Assembly (NCBI GenBank): GCA_028023455.1
Contig: JAQFVV010000007.1
Location: 6,820,001-6,884,000, forward strand
DNA length: 64,000 nucleotides
Origin: Epiperipatus broadwayi
Taxonomy: Eukaryota > Animalia > Onychophora
Direction: 5' to 3'
Made by a program: the position numbers and the translations under genes. How positions within the stretch are numbered: the first letter of the stretch is position 1; every line of letters starts with the position of its first letter. The notes under the pieces are model-generated. The model did no database searches. It had not been told where the DNA came from and worked only from the letters and a program-made list of their open reading frames with translations. Positions 52,651 through 64,000 of this stretch are shown piece after piece.

Positions 52651-53061
52651 ATTGTAAATATAGGGGATTTGAACTCAGACTTTCTAGCACCCTTTAACTA
52701 TCCACACTATCTCATACAACTGACACACATGACCACACAGATATAGAAAAAATAAATAATCACCAATATACATATTTGGCATCAATATGGGATTTGGGAT
52801 TTCCATCATCAGATTTTCAGTGGTATAAATGGCAGAGAAGTTGGAGGTGGAGTAGATTGAAGTCTGTCCATTAAAGTATAAAGATTTGTTATCTCAATAT
52901 AAATTGATCAAATGATAAGTGCTGGTTTAGCACAAAATATGTATATTGGTGATTATTTAACTTTTTTACATGTGTGTGATCATGCATATCAGTTGCATGA
53001 GATAGTGTGGATAGTTGAAGGGTGCTTGAAAGTGTGAGTTCAAATCCCCTATATTTACAAT
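52651..53061. mobile_element. Inverted pair of 127-bp tRNA/SINE-like arms (about 90% identical) around a 157-bp spacer
   Basis: Arms 52651-52777 and 52935-53061; B-box GAGTTCAAATCCC in the right arm; a third partial copy at about 55173-55226. Confidence 0.8.
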
Positions 53062-53439
53062 CTTAATTAAGTAAAAGAGAGTCACTAGCTTGAAACCAAT
53101 TTGGGGATCTGGATAATTCTAGATAGAGATTTTAAATGCTTTCTTTTGTGGCATTTATCAAAAACTTGTTTAGTGTTATTAACATGCTCATTATATTAAA
53201 AAAATAACGGAATTCGTTATAATAACTGTTGCAACTAAATTAATGATATATCGATCTATTATTTTATCTAATTTTTTATATGAAAAATTATATTTGAATC
53301 TCCTAAGTGACATAATATAAAAATAGTAGGAAAAAAAATCAATGGCATATCATAAAACCAGCTAATATGCATTTCAGCTTTCTGGGTTATAATACTATAA
53401 AATTTATTATAAAATCAGATTTTCAAGACATTAGATATA

Positions 53440-53870
53440 TCAAGTAAATGAACAAATCAAATTTTCCTACAAATTTTTTTATTATGAATCATAGGAAAGG
53501 CAGGCCCTGTTACATTATGAAGATTATGTCAAAGATACTACTAAGAAATGCATTATTGATAGGAATCATAGGAAACAAATGTCTGTGGGTAGAATACAAA
53601 GGAAGATTACAAATATATATGACACTTAAGACATTCAGAAAGAAAAGTTTGCTGCAGAAGAAGTTAAAAGAAAGCATCACAAGGAGACTAATGGAGCAGC
53701 ATATTTGATATATGGATATATTTGAGGTTCATAGATTTGTCTATATAGATGTTTTAAAACTCATTTCTAGTGTATTATTATTTATTTATCTAATATATAT
53801 ATAATAGTGGAGATGCAAAAACCACACTTGTTTTGCTAATTATTACCGATGATGATGATGATGAATATTG
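53440..53870 (+). mobile_element. Probable decayed LINE 3' end
   Basis: LLIGIIGNK..YKGR resembles the LINE C-terminal G...G...RGRP region; (GAT)n at about 53848-53864. Confidence 0.35.
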
Positions 53871-56800
53871 GATGATAATAATAAGAGAAAAATTAATATC
53901 TATTTAATAATCCGTTATATGACTGGTAATCTTTTCAGAAAGTTATTTCGAGGCTATATAGTTTTCTTTTAATTAATTTAAAATCTTCAACTTTCTTCTC
54001 CAACTGCCGGCTCGCACAACAAATTGTTTAAAAGCTGCTAATCTCTTTGGCTGTTAAGTCATTTGAAGGAAATCTCGAAGTCCATTTGGCGTCTGTGTAC
54101 TGCGGGGAACGGATAATCTCTGAAGCAAGGATTCCATTTTAAAATAATGTTTGGTTTTTGAAAGAATCTAAAAACACTAACTGTAGGATAAAAGAAACAA
54201 TGAATATGCTGTTTTAAATGTCCTGGGAAGCATTCAAATCCAAAACAAGTGTACTATAGAGAGTAGCTAGAGGAACAGCGGAATAAAGTCGTGCTTGTTT
54301 GCTCTTAATTTACAACCTGCTGCTGGCCGCCAACAGGTCTGGACATATTGTTGACTTGTTCGCCGTTAATCATTCAGGACCATTCTGCTAATTGAAAAAC
54401 ATTCGTGAAGGAGTAGGATTCATAATAAATGAATAATTTCTATAATAAATGATGTCAACGACACGTTAGAGAAATAAACATTTATCAGATAATTTAATGA
54501 TTAAAGTATGTTTGTATTACACGTTATATAGTCAATAGTAGTGGAAAACAGGGTTCTCGAGATCAAATTACTAGGATTAAAAACTTTTAACTAAACATAT
54601 TTAAGCACAAATATCATTAAACATTTTTACATATACACACATATATATATATACGGACGAGCATATTTGGAAAGACTCTCATAAATCAGATGCACCTGCT
54701 TGTCATGTCTATGACACGGGCTCGAATTCACGTCTAGTAATTTTAAACTTATTTTTCAGATTTCATTCTTTTTTTTTTTTTTTTAGGTAGAGAGCCTACA
54801 GACAACCCAGCTAAACACCCAAAAAATGGACTGAGTCTCAACTACTTTTAATCAGAGTGTAAAATAAGAATGCAAATTCCCTCCAATCGTCATCACTCAA
54901 AAATTAGCAAGTCTGGCGAGTAACGCCTCCTCACACAATTCTTGGCTATTGTTGCTAAAGTCTTGGCTCAGCCGTGTTCTATTTACAGACTGCATTACAT
55001 GTAAATATATATGATGCATCCGGTAGATTCACCTGCTTTGTTAGCAGACTGTGGATTAAATTTAATGACATTTAGATGCTTCAAGCCAGTTTATTACTTT
55101 TTTTTTTTTTAAAGCTAGTGAATCAATTAGTGGTCAGTAAATGATGGTCTAAGTATTTTTACTTTGAGGGTTAATATAGGGGGTTTGAACTCAGACTTTC
55201 AAGCATCCACACTTTCTCATATAATTAAAAAAAAACAACAACATAAAATTTCTACTGACTGCTTATGTCTTCTTTCGCTTTGAAGAATAATACTAAGTCT
55301 TTTACTCTGTAGGAGCAATGTAACACTGTTTATTTTATAAATATTCCTTGATTTAAAATGTTCTTTCAAATATGCAAATATACACACCTGCATTGCTTTT
55401 TATATATTATAGACAACTCTTTTCGACCTATATTACTAACAAATTCTGGAAAAGGTCTCTGCGGGAGGGGGGGTGATTTTGATGCAGTGCAGTATTAAAG
55501 GTGGAAAACATTCAAAATCAGAAAGAAAACATTATGCTAACTAACAGTACACTTAAAGATAAAATATATACATGTTAAAAGATGAATTGCTTTCAGCAAG
55601 AAAAAATAGGAAGTATTTGAAAAACAAAAAAATGTATTCTAATAATACTTATTTATGAATATAATTTTGGATACTTTATTTAAAAAACAACAAAAAGAAG
55701 AAATACCTTACAATAAGACATTGAGAAATATGTGATAGGATTTACAAAATAAAAAAGCTGAAACACGTATACTGCTAAAGAGTACAATAATACAACAACA
55801 GAATAATAATAACAACAATAATAGTAATGGAATGGCTTTATTGTTCAGGAGTTGATAAGAAGTTTGAGCACTGGACATGGTTTGAAGACCTTAAACTCCA
55901 GACTTCCACTTATTATTGCACCAAATCTTGCAAAGTCACTGATAGTCAATAAACAGATATAAGTATTAGAGCTGAAATAGAACAGCATCAGACATCCTAC
56001 TGAAAAAAAAAGATAAGTTATCTTCACTTTGTTTTGCAAAGTAGTCACAAAAACATTCAATTCCACAGGGCTATGATTATTTTCTGCATAAAATAGCAAG
56101 TTTTTCTAATTGGAATATTTATTATTGATATGTCTTTCCATGAATATTTCTGTAAAAGTTTTATTAAAACATTTGACAATCTGTTTGAAATTTTGTTTAG
56201 TTCCCATACAAACTACAAAGAGTAATTCCAAAAATATCAAAATGACACAATAGAATATCAGTATTTATAACAACAGACCTTTATCCCTTTTTGCTTGATG
56301 AATGGTTAGTGCTGTTTGGTGTGGTAGCAGAGGGATTAACTCTTGAGCTCAAGTTTCATAAATTGTGATTCAGCTCTCACCTCTGGTACTTGAAATTTTT
56401 ATAAATTCCTGAGCAATAAAGCTTCAGTTATTTATTTATCTTTAATAGAAAAAACAGAAGGTTTTTCCATAATAAGTTTTTGAAAATAATAGTTGGAATT
56501 TTAGATAGCACTAATAATAATAAAACCAGCTTATCAAATAGAAAAACAAAAGTCGAAAATTAAAAAAGAATTTCATGGTAACAAAAATCAAAATTAATCT
56601 GATTAAGAATATAGCCTCATCTTTGACTAACTTCAATGCAAATTAAATGAAAATTACTATGAAGATAGCCAGAGGAACAAAGTTAATTGGGTAATATATC
56701 CAAGACTAATAACATCACATTCTCTCAGATACTTACTTATATGTTTCCAAGAGAAATTACATTCAGCTTACTATAGAGCCATCTATTGTAAGCTTGAGTA

Positions 56801-58046
56801 ACGAATGTGCATCAGATATATACTGCTAAAAAGTCTCCATATTCAGATTGAACAATTTCTAGCTTTTGAATTGGATAAAGGATTAAAAAATGACTGTTAG
56901 ATACATCAGCACATGAGTTCCAGATTTGAATCCTAGTTTCTGCTGTTGAAGGAATACACTAAAAACAAGTTGATCTGGAGAAAGGGATTATATTGTACTA
57001 TACTATCTGGTGTCCATTGAATATTCGAGATTATAGTAAATGTATTTATTAGAGGCAGTAATTCTTGTAAAATTAAGATTTTCAATCATATTTAAGGATC
57101 TCAGCAAATTGTAGTCAGATCAAAGATAGTCGAAAAACAATTTTACAAAACACAGTCTTGTCAAATTAAAGAAATACAGAAATCTTTTGTACAATTTAAT
57201 ATATTTTTTGATAATCACTAATTCATTAAAATGCTATAATCTCTATAAACTGTGATAGTACAAATAATCTAGGGCGACCCTGGGGTAATAGAAAATCATC
57301 ATTATTCCCAAGTCAATGACAAGTCTAATCATAAAATGAATATAGTGAATATGATTGATATAGGCATGCAAGATTAGCAAAAATAATAAAAATAATTATA
57401 AGTTCACAAGAATTACAAGGAATAATAATAATCATTCATCATCAAAAATGATCAAAAATAAAACCAATAGTAAACCTTGTGACTGGATTTGAAAATGGTC
57501 CACTACAGACCAGGTTAATTATTTAGCCCTTGTCACACTTGAGGCAAATTATATAAACAATAATGTGGATGCACAAACTTAAGTGCTAATCCATAAAAAT
57601 ATATTAAAAAATAATGCTGAGATACTAAATATGTGATCATCATCAATGCTCTCTGGCCACTTAGTACTATTAATATACTGGCCAAATATAAACTTAATTT
57701 CTAATCATAAAAGTAAATAAAATGTAGTGCATAAATATTAAAGGATATCCATTTGTGCCATCCAGCATTAGAGAAGTAATAAAATCATCATCAACTGGAT
57801 GTCCATAACACTAAATATAAATCCCAATCCATATAACAGACCATTATGTATGAATCCAGCTCAGTGAAGAAGAACTCTATAACTGTTGCTGTAAACAAAA
57901 GATAATACTAATATATAATGTTTTAAATCTATTCTAGGATTAAATGAATTCACTGGATTAACTTAATAAATTTATTATTAATAATAATACAATTAAATTA
58001 AGGTCTGCTAAGTACACTATAAATTCAGCATTCTGATTTAGACTAA

Positions 58047-60950
58047 ATCATCATCATCATTGTCAACCATTATCAATTCACTGCAGGATGGAGGTGTTTC
58101 CAAGTCAATCCATCTTCTCCAATCTCTAGCCTCTCTTCTCCAAATCATCCCTACACCCTTTCTTATTTCATCCATCCAGCTCACATGTAGTCTATTTCTG
58201 GATCTTTTACAATCCCTTGGAATCCAGTTTAAGAATTTAATTGTCCATCTATTACAATCTCTTCGACAATATGTCCAACTCCCAACTCCACTTCAGTCTT
58301 TTAATTCTTTCAATGATGTCAGTAATACCTGATTGTTCTCTTACCCATATATTGCATTTTCGATCTCTTCTTGTTACTCCTAACATGCATCTCTCCATAC
58401 TTCTTTGAGTGGTCTGAAGTCTCTGTATTGCTCTTCTATTAAGTGTCCAAGTCTCAGATCCATAAGTAAGAACTGGTAAAACACATTTATTAAAAACCTT
58501 CCTTTTCAAAGACATACATTTCCTTTTAGTATTAAGTTATTTCTACCAAAAGCACTCCAACCAAGTTTAATTCTATGATTAGTTTCATCATTATGTTTCC
58601 ATCTGTAGTAATAATCTGACCAAGGTATTTGTAGTTGTTAACTTCTTCTAACTCATCATAATCAATCTTTATTTTCATCTTTTGAAAAAATCCATTGAAC
58701 ATTACTTTAGTCTTTTTAACATTTACCTTTAGCCCTACTTTCTTACTTTCATTTGATAACTCCTGCAACATTTCCTGAAGCTCTGAAGCATTGTTTGCAA
58801 AAGCAACTATCCTCATCTGCAAAATCCAAATGACTTAAATAATCTCCATTTACTCTTACTCCTTTAGTTTCCCATTTTAATCCACAAAATATATCTTACA
58901 GCATTGCTGTAAAAAGTTTTGGAGATATGGAGTTACCTTGTCTTACACTCTTTTCGATGTTAACCTTCCCTAGTATCATTATGTAATCTAATTGTTGCTG
59001 TTGCATTTTTATAAATATTCTTCAGAATATGACAATATCCTGGGTCTATACCTTGATGATCCAATGCTTTAATCACTGAAGAAATGTTTATAGAATCAAA
59101 TGCCTTTTCATAATCTACAAATCCAAAGCATAATGGCAACTCATATTCATTGGTCCTTTCTATAACTTCTCTCAATACTTGGATATGATCTACTGTACTA
59201 AAACCACTTTTAAATCCAGCTTGTTCTCTTGGTTGGTTGAAATCCAATGTTCTCTGTAGACGAGTTGTAATTATCTTGGTAAAATTTTTGTATAAAACTG
59301 ATAAAAGGCTGATAGGTCTGTAATTTCTAATATCTTCTTTATCACCTTTTTTAAATATTAATTAATACTGCATTCTTCCAATCATTTGGTACATCTTTAT
59401 TATTTAGACATTTGGTATATAACTTTGCCAAAATTATTTCTATTTCTTCACCTGCTTCTTTTAATATATCAATTATAATTCCATCATTACCTGGAGCTTT
59501 TCCTTTCTTCATAAATTTAATTGCATGTCTCACTTCTTCATTTAAAATTCTGGGCAATTCAGAAGATATAATAGATGTAGGAGGTACTTGTTCTTTATTA
59601 CTATATAATTCTTGATAGAACTCTTCTACCCATTTCATGATGTCATCTCTCTTTTTAGTAATAGTTCCATCTTTTTTTCTTATTGCAGATATAAGTTTCC
59701 TACCAATACCAAAATGTTGTTTTACACTCTTGAGACTTTTATTCTCTTCTACAGCCTTCCTTGCTAGTTCACAATTATATTTTCTTATATCATTATCAAC
59801 TCTTTTTCATACCATTTTACAAAATTTGAGATATTCAATCCTTTTTAATGCATCATTTTTATATATCTTCATATTCCTTCTTTTCTTCATTAATTCTCTA
59901 GTCTCAGTAGAAATTTTATTGGTCAATTGTGACTTTCTTCTACCAGCTATCTTTGTTGCAGTTTTTAAAAGTGTATCAGTTATTTTCTTATTAATTTCAT
60001 TCAAATCTGAATCATATTCAAAATCTACTAATACCTGAAACTGATTTGCAAATTCTAATTTAAATTCATTACAATGTTTCTGAAGATTAGGAATATCAAC
60101 TGTAAATATTGTTTTTTTTTAGTAATTTTTGTCTCTCTAGTTTTGCATTAACATGTATCTTACATCTTACTAATCAATTTGCATTGAATTTATTAAGAAC
60201 ATTACAGTCTTGAAATATGTATTTTCTGTTAGTCAAAATATAATCCAATTCTGCTGTACCTTCATTTAGATGCTTCCATGTCCATTTCCTTTTAACATTT
60301 TTCTCAAAAAAAGAATTCATAATATAAAGTTTTTCTTTTTCTGCAAACTCCACAAGTCTATGTCCTCTCTCATTTCTATTACCATAACCAAAATTACCTA
60401 CAACACTTTCATCTTTCATTTGTTTACCAATTCTAGCATTAAAATCTCCCATAACAATTTTAAAATGTTGTTTACTCTGATCAAAAGCCTTTTGTACATC
60501 CATATAAAAATCTTCTACTACTTCATCACTATGAGAACTTGTTGGGGCATAAACCTGAACTATCTGCATTTGGTATCTGCAACTCTGTCCAATACACCAT
60601 CAATCTCCACAATGTTGTTCTTCCACTTTTTATTTATAATGAATCCTACTCCACTTGTACTTCCAATATTTGTGCCTTTGTAATAGAGTACATGCCCACT
60701 TTTTAAATCAATTATCTCTTCACTTTTTCTTTTAACTTCACAAAGTTCAATAACATCCCATTTAATATAAGACAGTTCTTCTTCCAATTTTTCTTCACTT
60801 GAAAGTGATCTGCAGTTGTATGTACCTAAATAAAAAGTGATCATCAAATGGCAACCTGTGTTCACAATCAGGATATTCTTAGCACCTTCTGCCACCAACT
60901 ACTGCCTTGGTTGGTTACTTTGCAGCCTTTTGAGAATAAGGGCCATGATT
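58047..60950 (-). mobile_element. Near full-length decayed RTE-clade LINE (APE endonuclease plus RT)
   Basis: TYNCRSL..WDVIELCEV, QVYAPTS..GDFNARIG, LDYIL, KGKAPGNDG, REQAGFKSGFSTVDHI..FVDYEKAFDS, FA(D)D region, YKYLGQ, KWSW; multiple stops and frameshifts; (ATG)n-type tail at 58047-58060. Confidence 0.95.
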
Positions 60951-61288
60951 TATTTTTGTCTGTCATGATTGTATATATCTATTAGAAAAAAAAATTCATT
61001 CAAACACATTCATTCTTCCTTATCAGGCAATTTAGAAGAAAGACCATGAGTGTTTTTTGAACTTAAACTGAGATAAAAAGCCAATAAACTAACCATGCTG
61101 GCTAATGTATGTTGGTGAGCAGCCCATCCATGTTTGTATACTATATAAATAAACACATAATAATAACAGCTGCAACAACAAGAATGTATGGAGTGGACAT
61201 TAGAAATTTGTCCTGCTCGATTCCTTTAAGATCTCCAAGAAGAATCAAAGAGTCTCCTTTCAATTAATAGCAAACTCCTTTCAGCAGC

Positions 61289-61322
<34 letters not shown>

Positions 61323-61501
61323 GGCATCACACTGTAATTTACATATATCTCAAGTTTTACATAAACCACACCTATATATAAGCATTTAAATATTATGTAT
61401 AATAATTTAAAATTAACTTCTTTGAATTGTCATAAACCAATAATAAAAAATCATTTTTATAATACATAATTAATTTTAATATATATGTAGTTGATGACTG
61501 A

Positions 61502-61532
<31 letters not shown>

Positions 61533-64000
61533 GTCTATATGATGCACATCTATATAAGCATTTAGATGTGCTGTAACCTATTAGAATTGTCATAAAAATC
61601 AATCCATTTTAATAATACATAACTAATTTTAACAGATGTGTGTATGCATAAAAATGTATGCACACACTGACATTTACATCCTAGCATATTTCATTTGGCA
61701 AAAAATAATAAACTTATTAAACTATATATTTTCACAAGCTGCAATTAATTTCATGTTGAAAATATACATAAAAGCAATGCAGACATATGTGTGCATTATT
61801 ATCTCCCTACAAATCAATGTTAATTAATCCATTACATTATTTTTAATGGTAAGTAAAAGTTTTTTTTTTTTTAAACAAAAAATCTCTAGATCTAGTTTGG
61901 AAAGTTCTTTTAAAATTCAGGCTTTTGTTGCTTCATTTACAATAAAAAAGACTTAGGGATTTATTTTTTTTAATTTCAAAATAAAACTTTTATCAATCAA
62001 TCATCTGTTTTGAGGTATGTAATTTAAGCCAAAACTTATTTAGTTTTAAATTTGCAAATCAAAGATTTTAACTGAGATTAATTATTAAAAATAATATTTT
62101 AACAAATTATTTTTCTACTCATCGACTAATATATATTCATGAAGTATATCTCCTATATGCATTCTATATAATATATACAGCTATAATAACTTTGTGATCC
62201 CTTTCATGTTAGATAAAATTGTGTATATATAAACTATAGCACAATATTTGCTGGCTATTTACTGCAATCTCTTGGTAAGCTGTTCCATTCTAAAACAGTA
62301 GACTAGCTTATTGACATCTTCCAGAAAAGGATGAATTCAGTAATTGTTGGCATTTACTCACTATAGTTTGATAGACTTCAGGCATGCCATCTAACACACA
62401 CATATGGGCTATAAAACACAAAAAAAGCAGAGCCTTGCCTCCATATGAATTAAAACTCTATTATAACATTAGCAGCAACTGAATAAACTGTCTCTTGCCT
62501 TCAATTATAATTTTATAATAACAGTTCTTTCATGTGGTTTGTAATGTAATAATCTTGAATAATTTTTTTCCACCTTTTTATACTTAGTAGGTAAATTTGA
62601 AAAACACACCAGTGATGTAAATTCTTTCTTTATCTTGACTGAAAAAAAGGTAATGACTCTTTTCAATTCACCTTAATCCTTTTAAAAATAATTTTGTAGA
62701 ATTTTATCAAAGTATTTAATTAAAAAAAATCTTCATCTAATTTAAAATAGATAGGAAAATTCCATAATTACCATTATTACACCATTTTAACATAAAAACA
62801 TGCTTGTGTTACTTATCAAAATCAGAGTAAAACATTAAAAATTTTGTTTGTTTGTTTCTGCTTTTCCATGCACCCACACACTACTATGTTATTGTAAGCC
62901 ATGAGCCACATAACTGTCTCAATATATGTGCATCACAATAAAAGAAAAGCTCATGCTTTTAAAATGTAAATTTACATGACAATTCTTATTAAAAAAGTAA
63001 ATGAATGGTTTATTGCTTGGGGGTTAATAAAAAATTGGCACTGGAAATTATAAAGCTGAGTTTACATGTGGACCTCAAGATCTAAAGTTCATCATTTTAC
63101 TGTTATAATAAATCATACAGATAAATTAAGTATTAACTCCTCAAGCATTGCAATTACTTTTCACCAAAACCTAGTGACAATTTGAGGCAAAAATTCAAAA
63201 TTTATTTTAGTTTTTAAACTTTTATTCTATTATAGAATTCAATAAATTCAACTTGGCCAACTGATGAGTTCATCAAAAAATTGCATTTTGGAGGTCATAC
63301 AACTTTTTAACATGTCTTTGTTTATATGTTTATAAATGCACCCCTTCACAAGGTGTTAAAAATGGATAGAAATCAGTTCCTACCTTGTAAAACAGAATAG
63401 TGGAAATTACATTATTATAAAAGAAAAGTATTCTAAAAAATCATACTTTAATTTCCAAATATTAAAAAAATAATAATATGAATATTATTGAATTATATAA
63501 TATTTTTCTTTTCAATTTGTCAACTATTCTAAAACTGAAAAGTAAATTAATGAAGAATTTGTATGAATAATTATAAAATTAATCACAAATCTACAAGATA
63601 CTGCTCTAAAATTAAAAATTGTATTTATAATTATTAAATTATCACCAACGATCAGTCATAAATCTACATTTGTAATCAAGATTTTATTTTTTAGTGTTTC
63701 AAAATAAATGTCTAATGTACACTTTTATAAGTAAGATATATATATATATAAAAAAAGTGAGCACAAAAGGATTTACTTTTGATTATATGAAAATATTTTG
63801 TAAAATTTATTATAAATATTTAATTAAAGTTCCAAGTTCTGTTGTTTCTTTGCAGTTTGATCAAAAAAATGAGAAAAGCAGGTCCAAGCTTGTTTACATG
63901 TTTAAGATTAAGGAATGGACCAATCAGAAAATGAATAAAATGCAGTGTTTTCTTTTAAGTTTACTCTGTGCACTACTGACATCTTTCAATATTTTTTGAA

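Noticed and set aside
59412-60683. Plus-strand ORFs of 67-137 aa
   Set aside because: Antisense shadows of the RTE LINE.
60860-60960. Possible HDV-like ribozyme in the RTE 5' UTR (GCTAA followed by AGAATA pairing with TATTCT)
   Set aside because: P1, P3 and P1.1 could not be assigned; only a motif search on an intact family consensus could decide.
63255-63285. CTGATGAG resembling a hammerhead core
   Set aside because: No GAAA or GUH and no stem I; a similar isolated CTGATGA near 21373 also lacks them.

Overview
Very AT-rich, strongly CpG-depleted animal genomic DNA, mostly intronic or intergenic. No host protein-coding gene can be identified with confidence; there are only candidate promoters and micro-exons. 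Well-supported elements are: (1) a full-length but inactivated Ty3/Gypsy (Mag-like) LTR retrotransposon at 5851-10737 with 477-bp LTRs, ATACT target-site duplication (TSD), tRNA-Ser-type primer-binding site (PBS) and polypurine tract (PPT), in which all six in-frame nonsense codons are TGA, consistent with Arg CGA decay; (2) a ~930-bp near-perfect palindrome at 13313-14239 made of two head-to-head copies of a 466-bp unit, each carrying a minimal type I hammerhead ribozyme motif, flanked by a 13-bp TSD; (3) a non-autonomous LTR element at 19075-23869 with 2125-bp LTRs, a 545-bp non-coding interior, ATAT TSD and a tRNA-Lys-like PBS; (4) a Penelope-like RT plus GIY-YIG relic; (5) a near full-length decayed RTE-clade LINE at about 58050-60950 plus other LINE and SINE fragments; (6) microsatellites and local duplications. 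The best candidate for a new system is the hammerhead-bearing 466-bp unit. Its structure fits a multimeric or circular RNA template copied by twin-primed reverse transcription, probably by Penelope-like machinery. All counts were made by eye, without tools.
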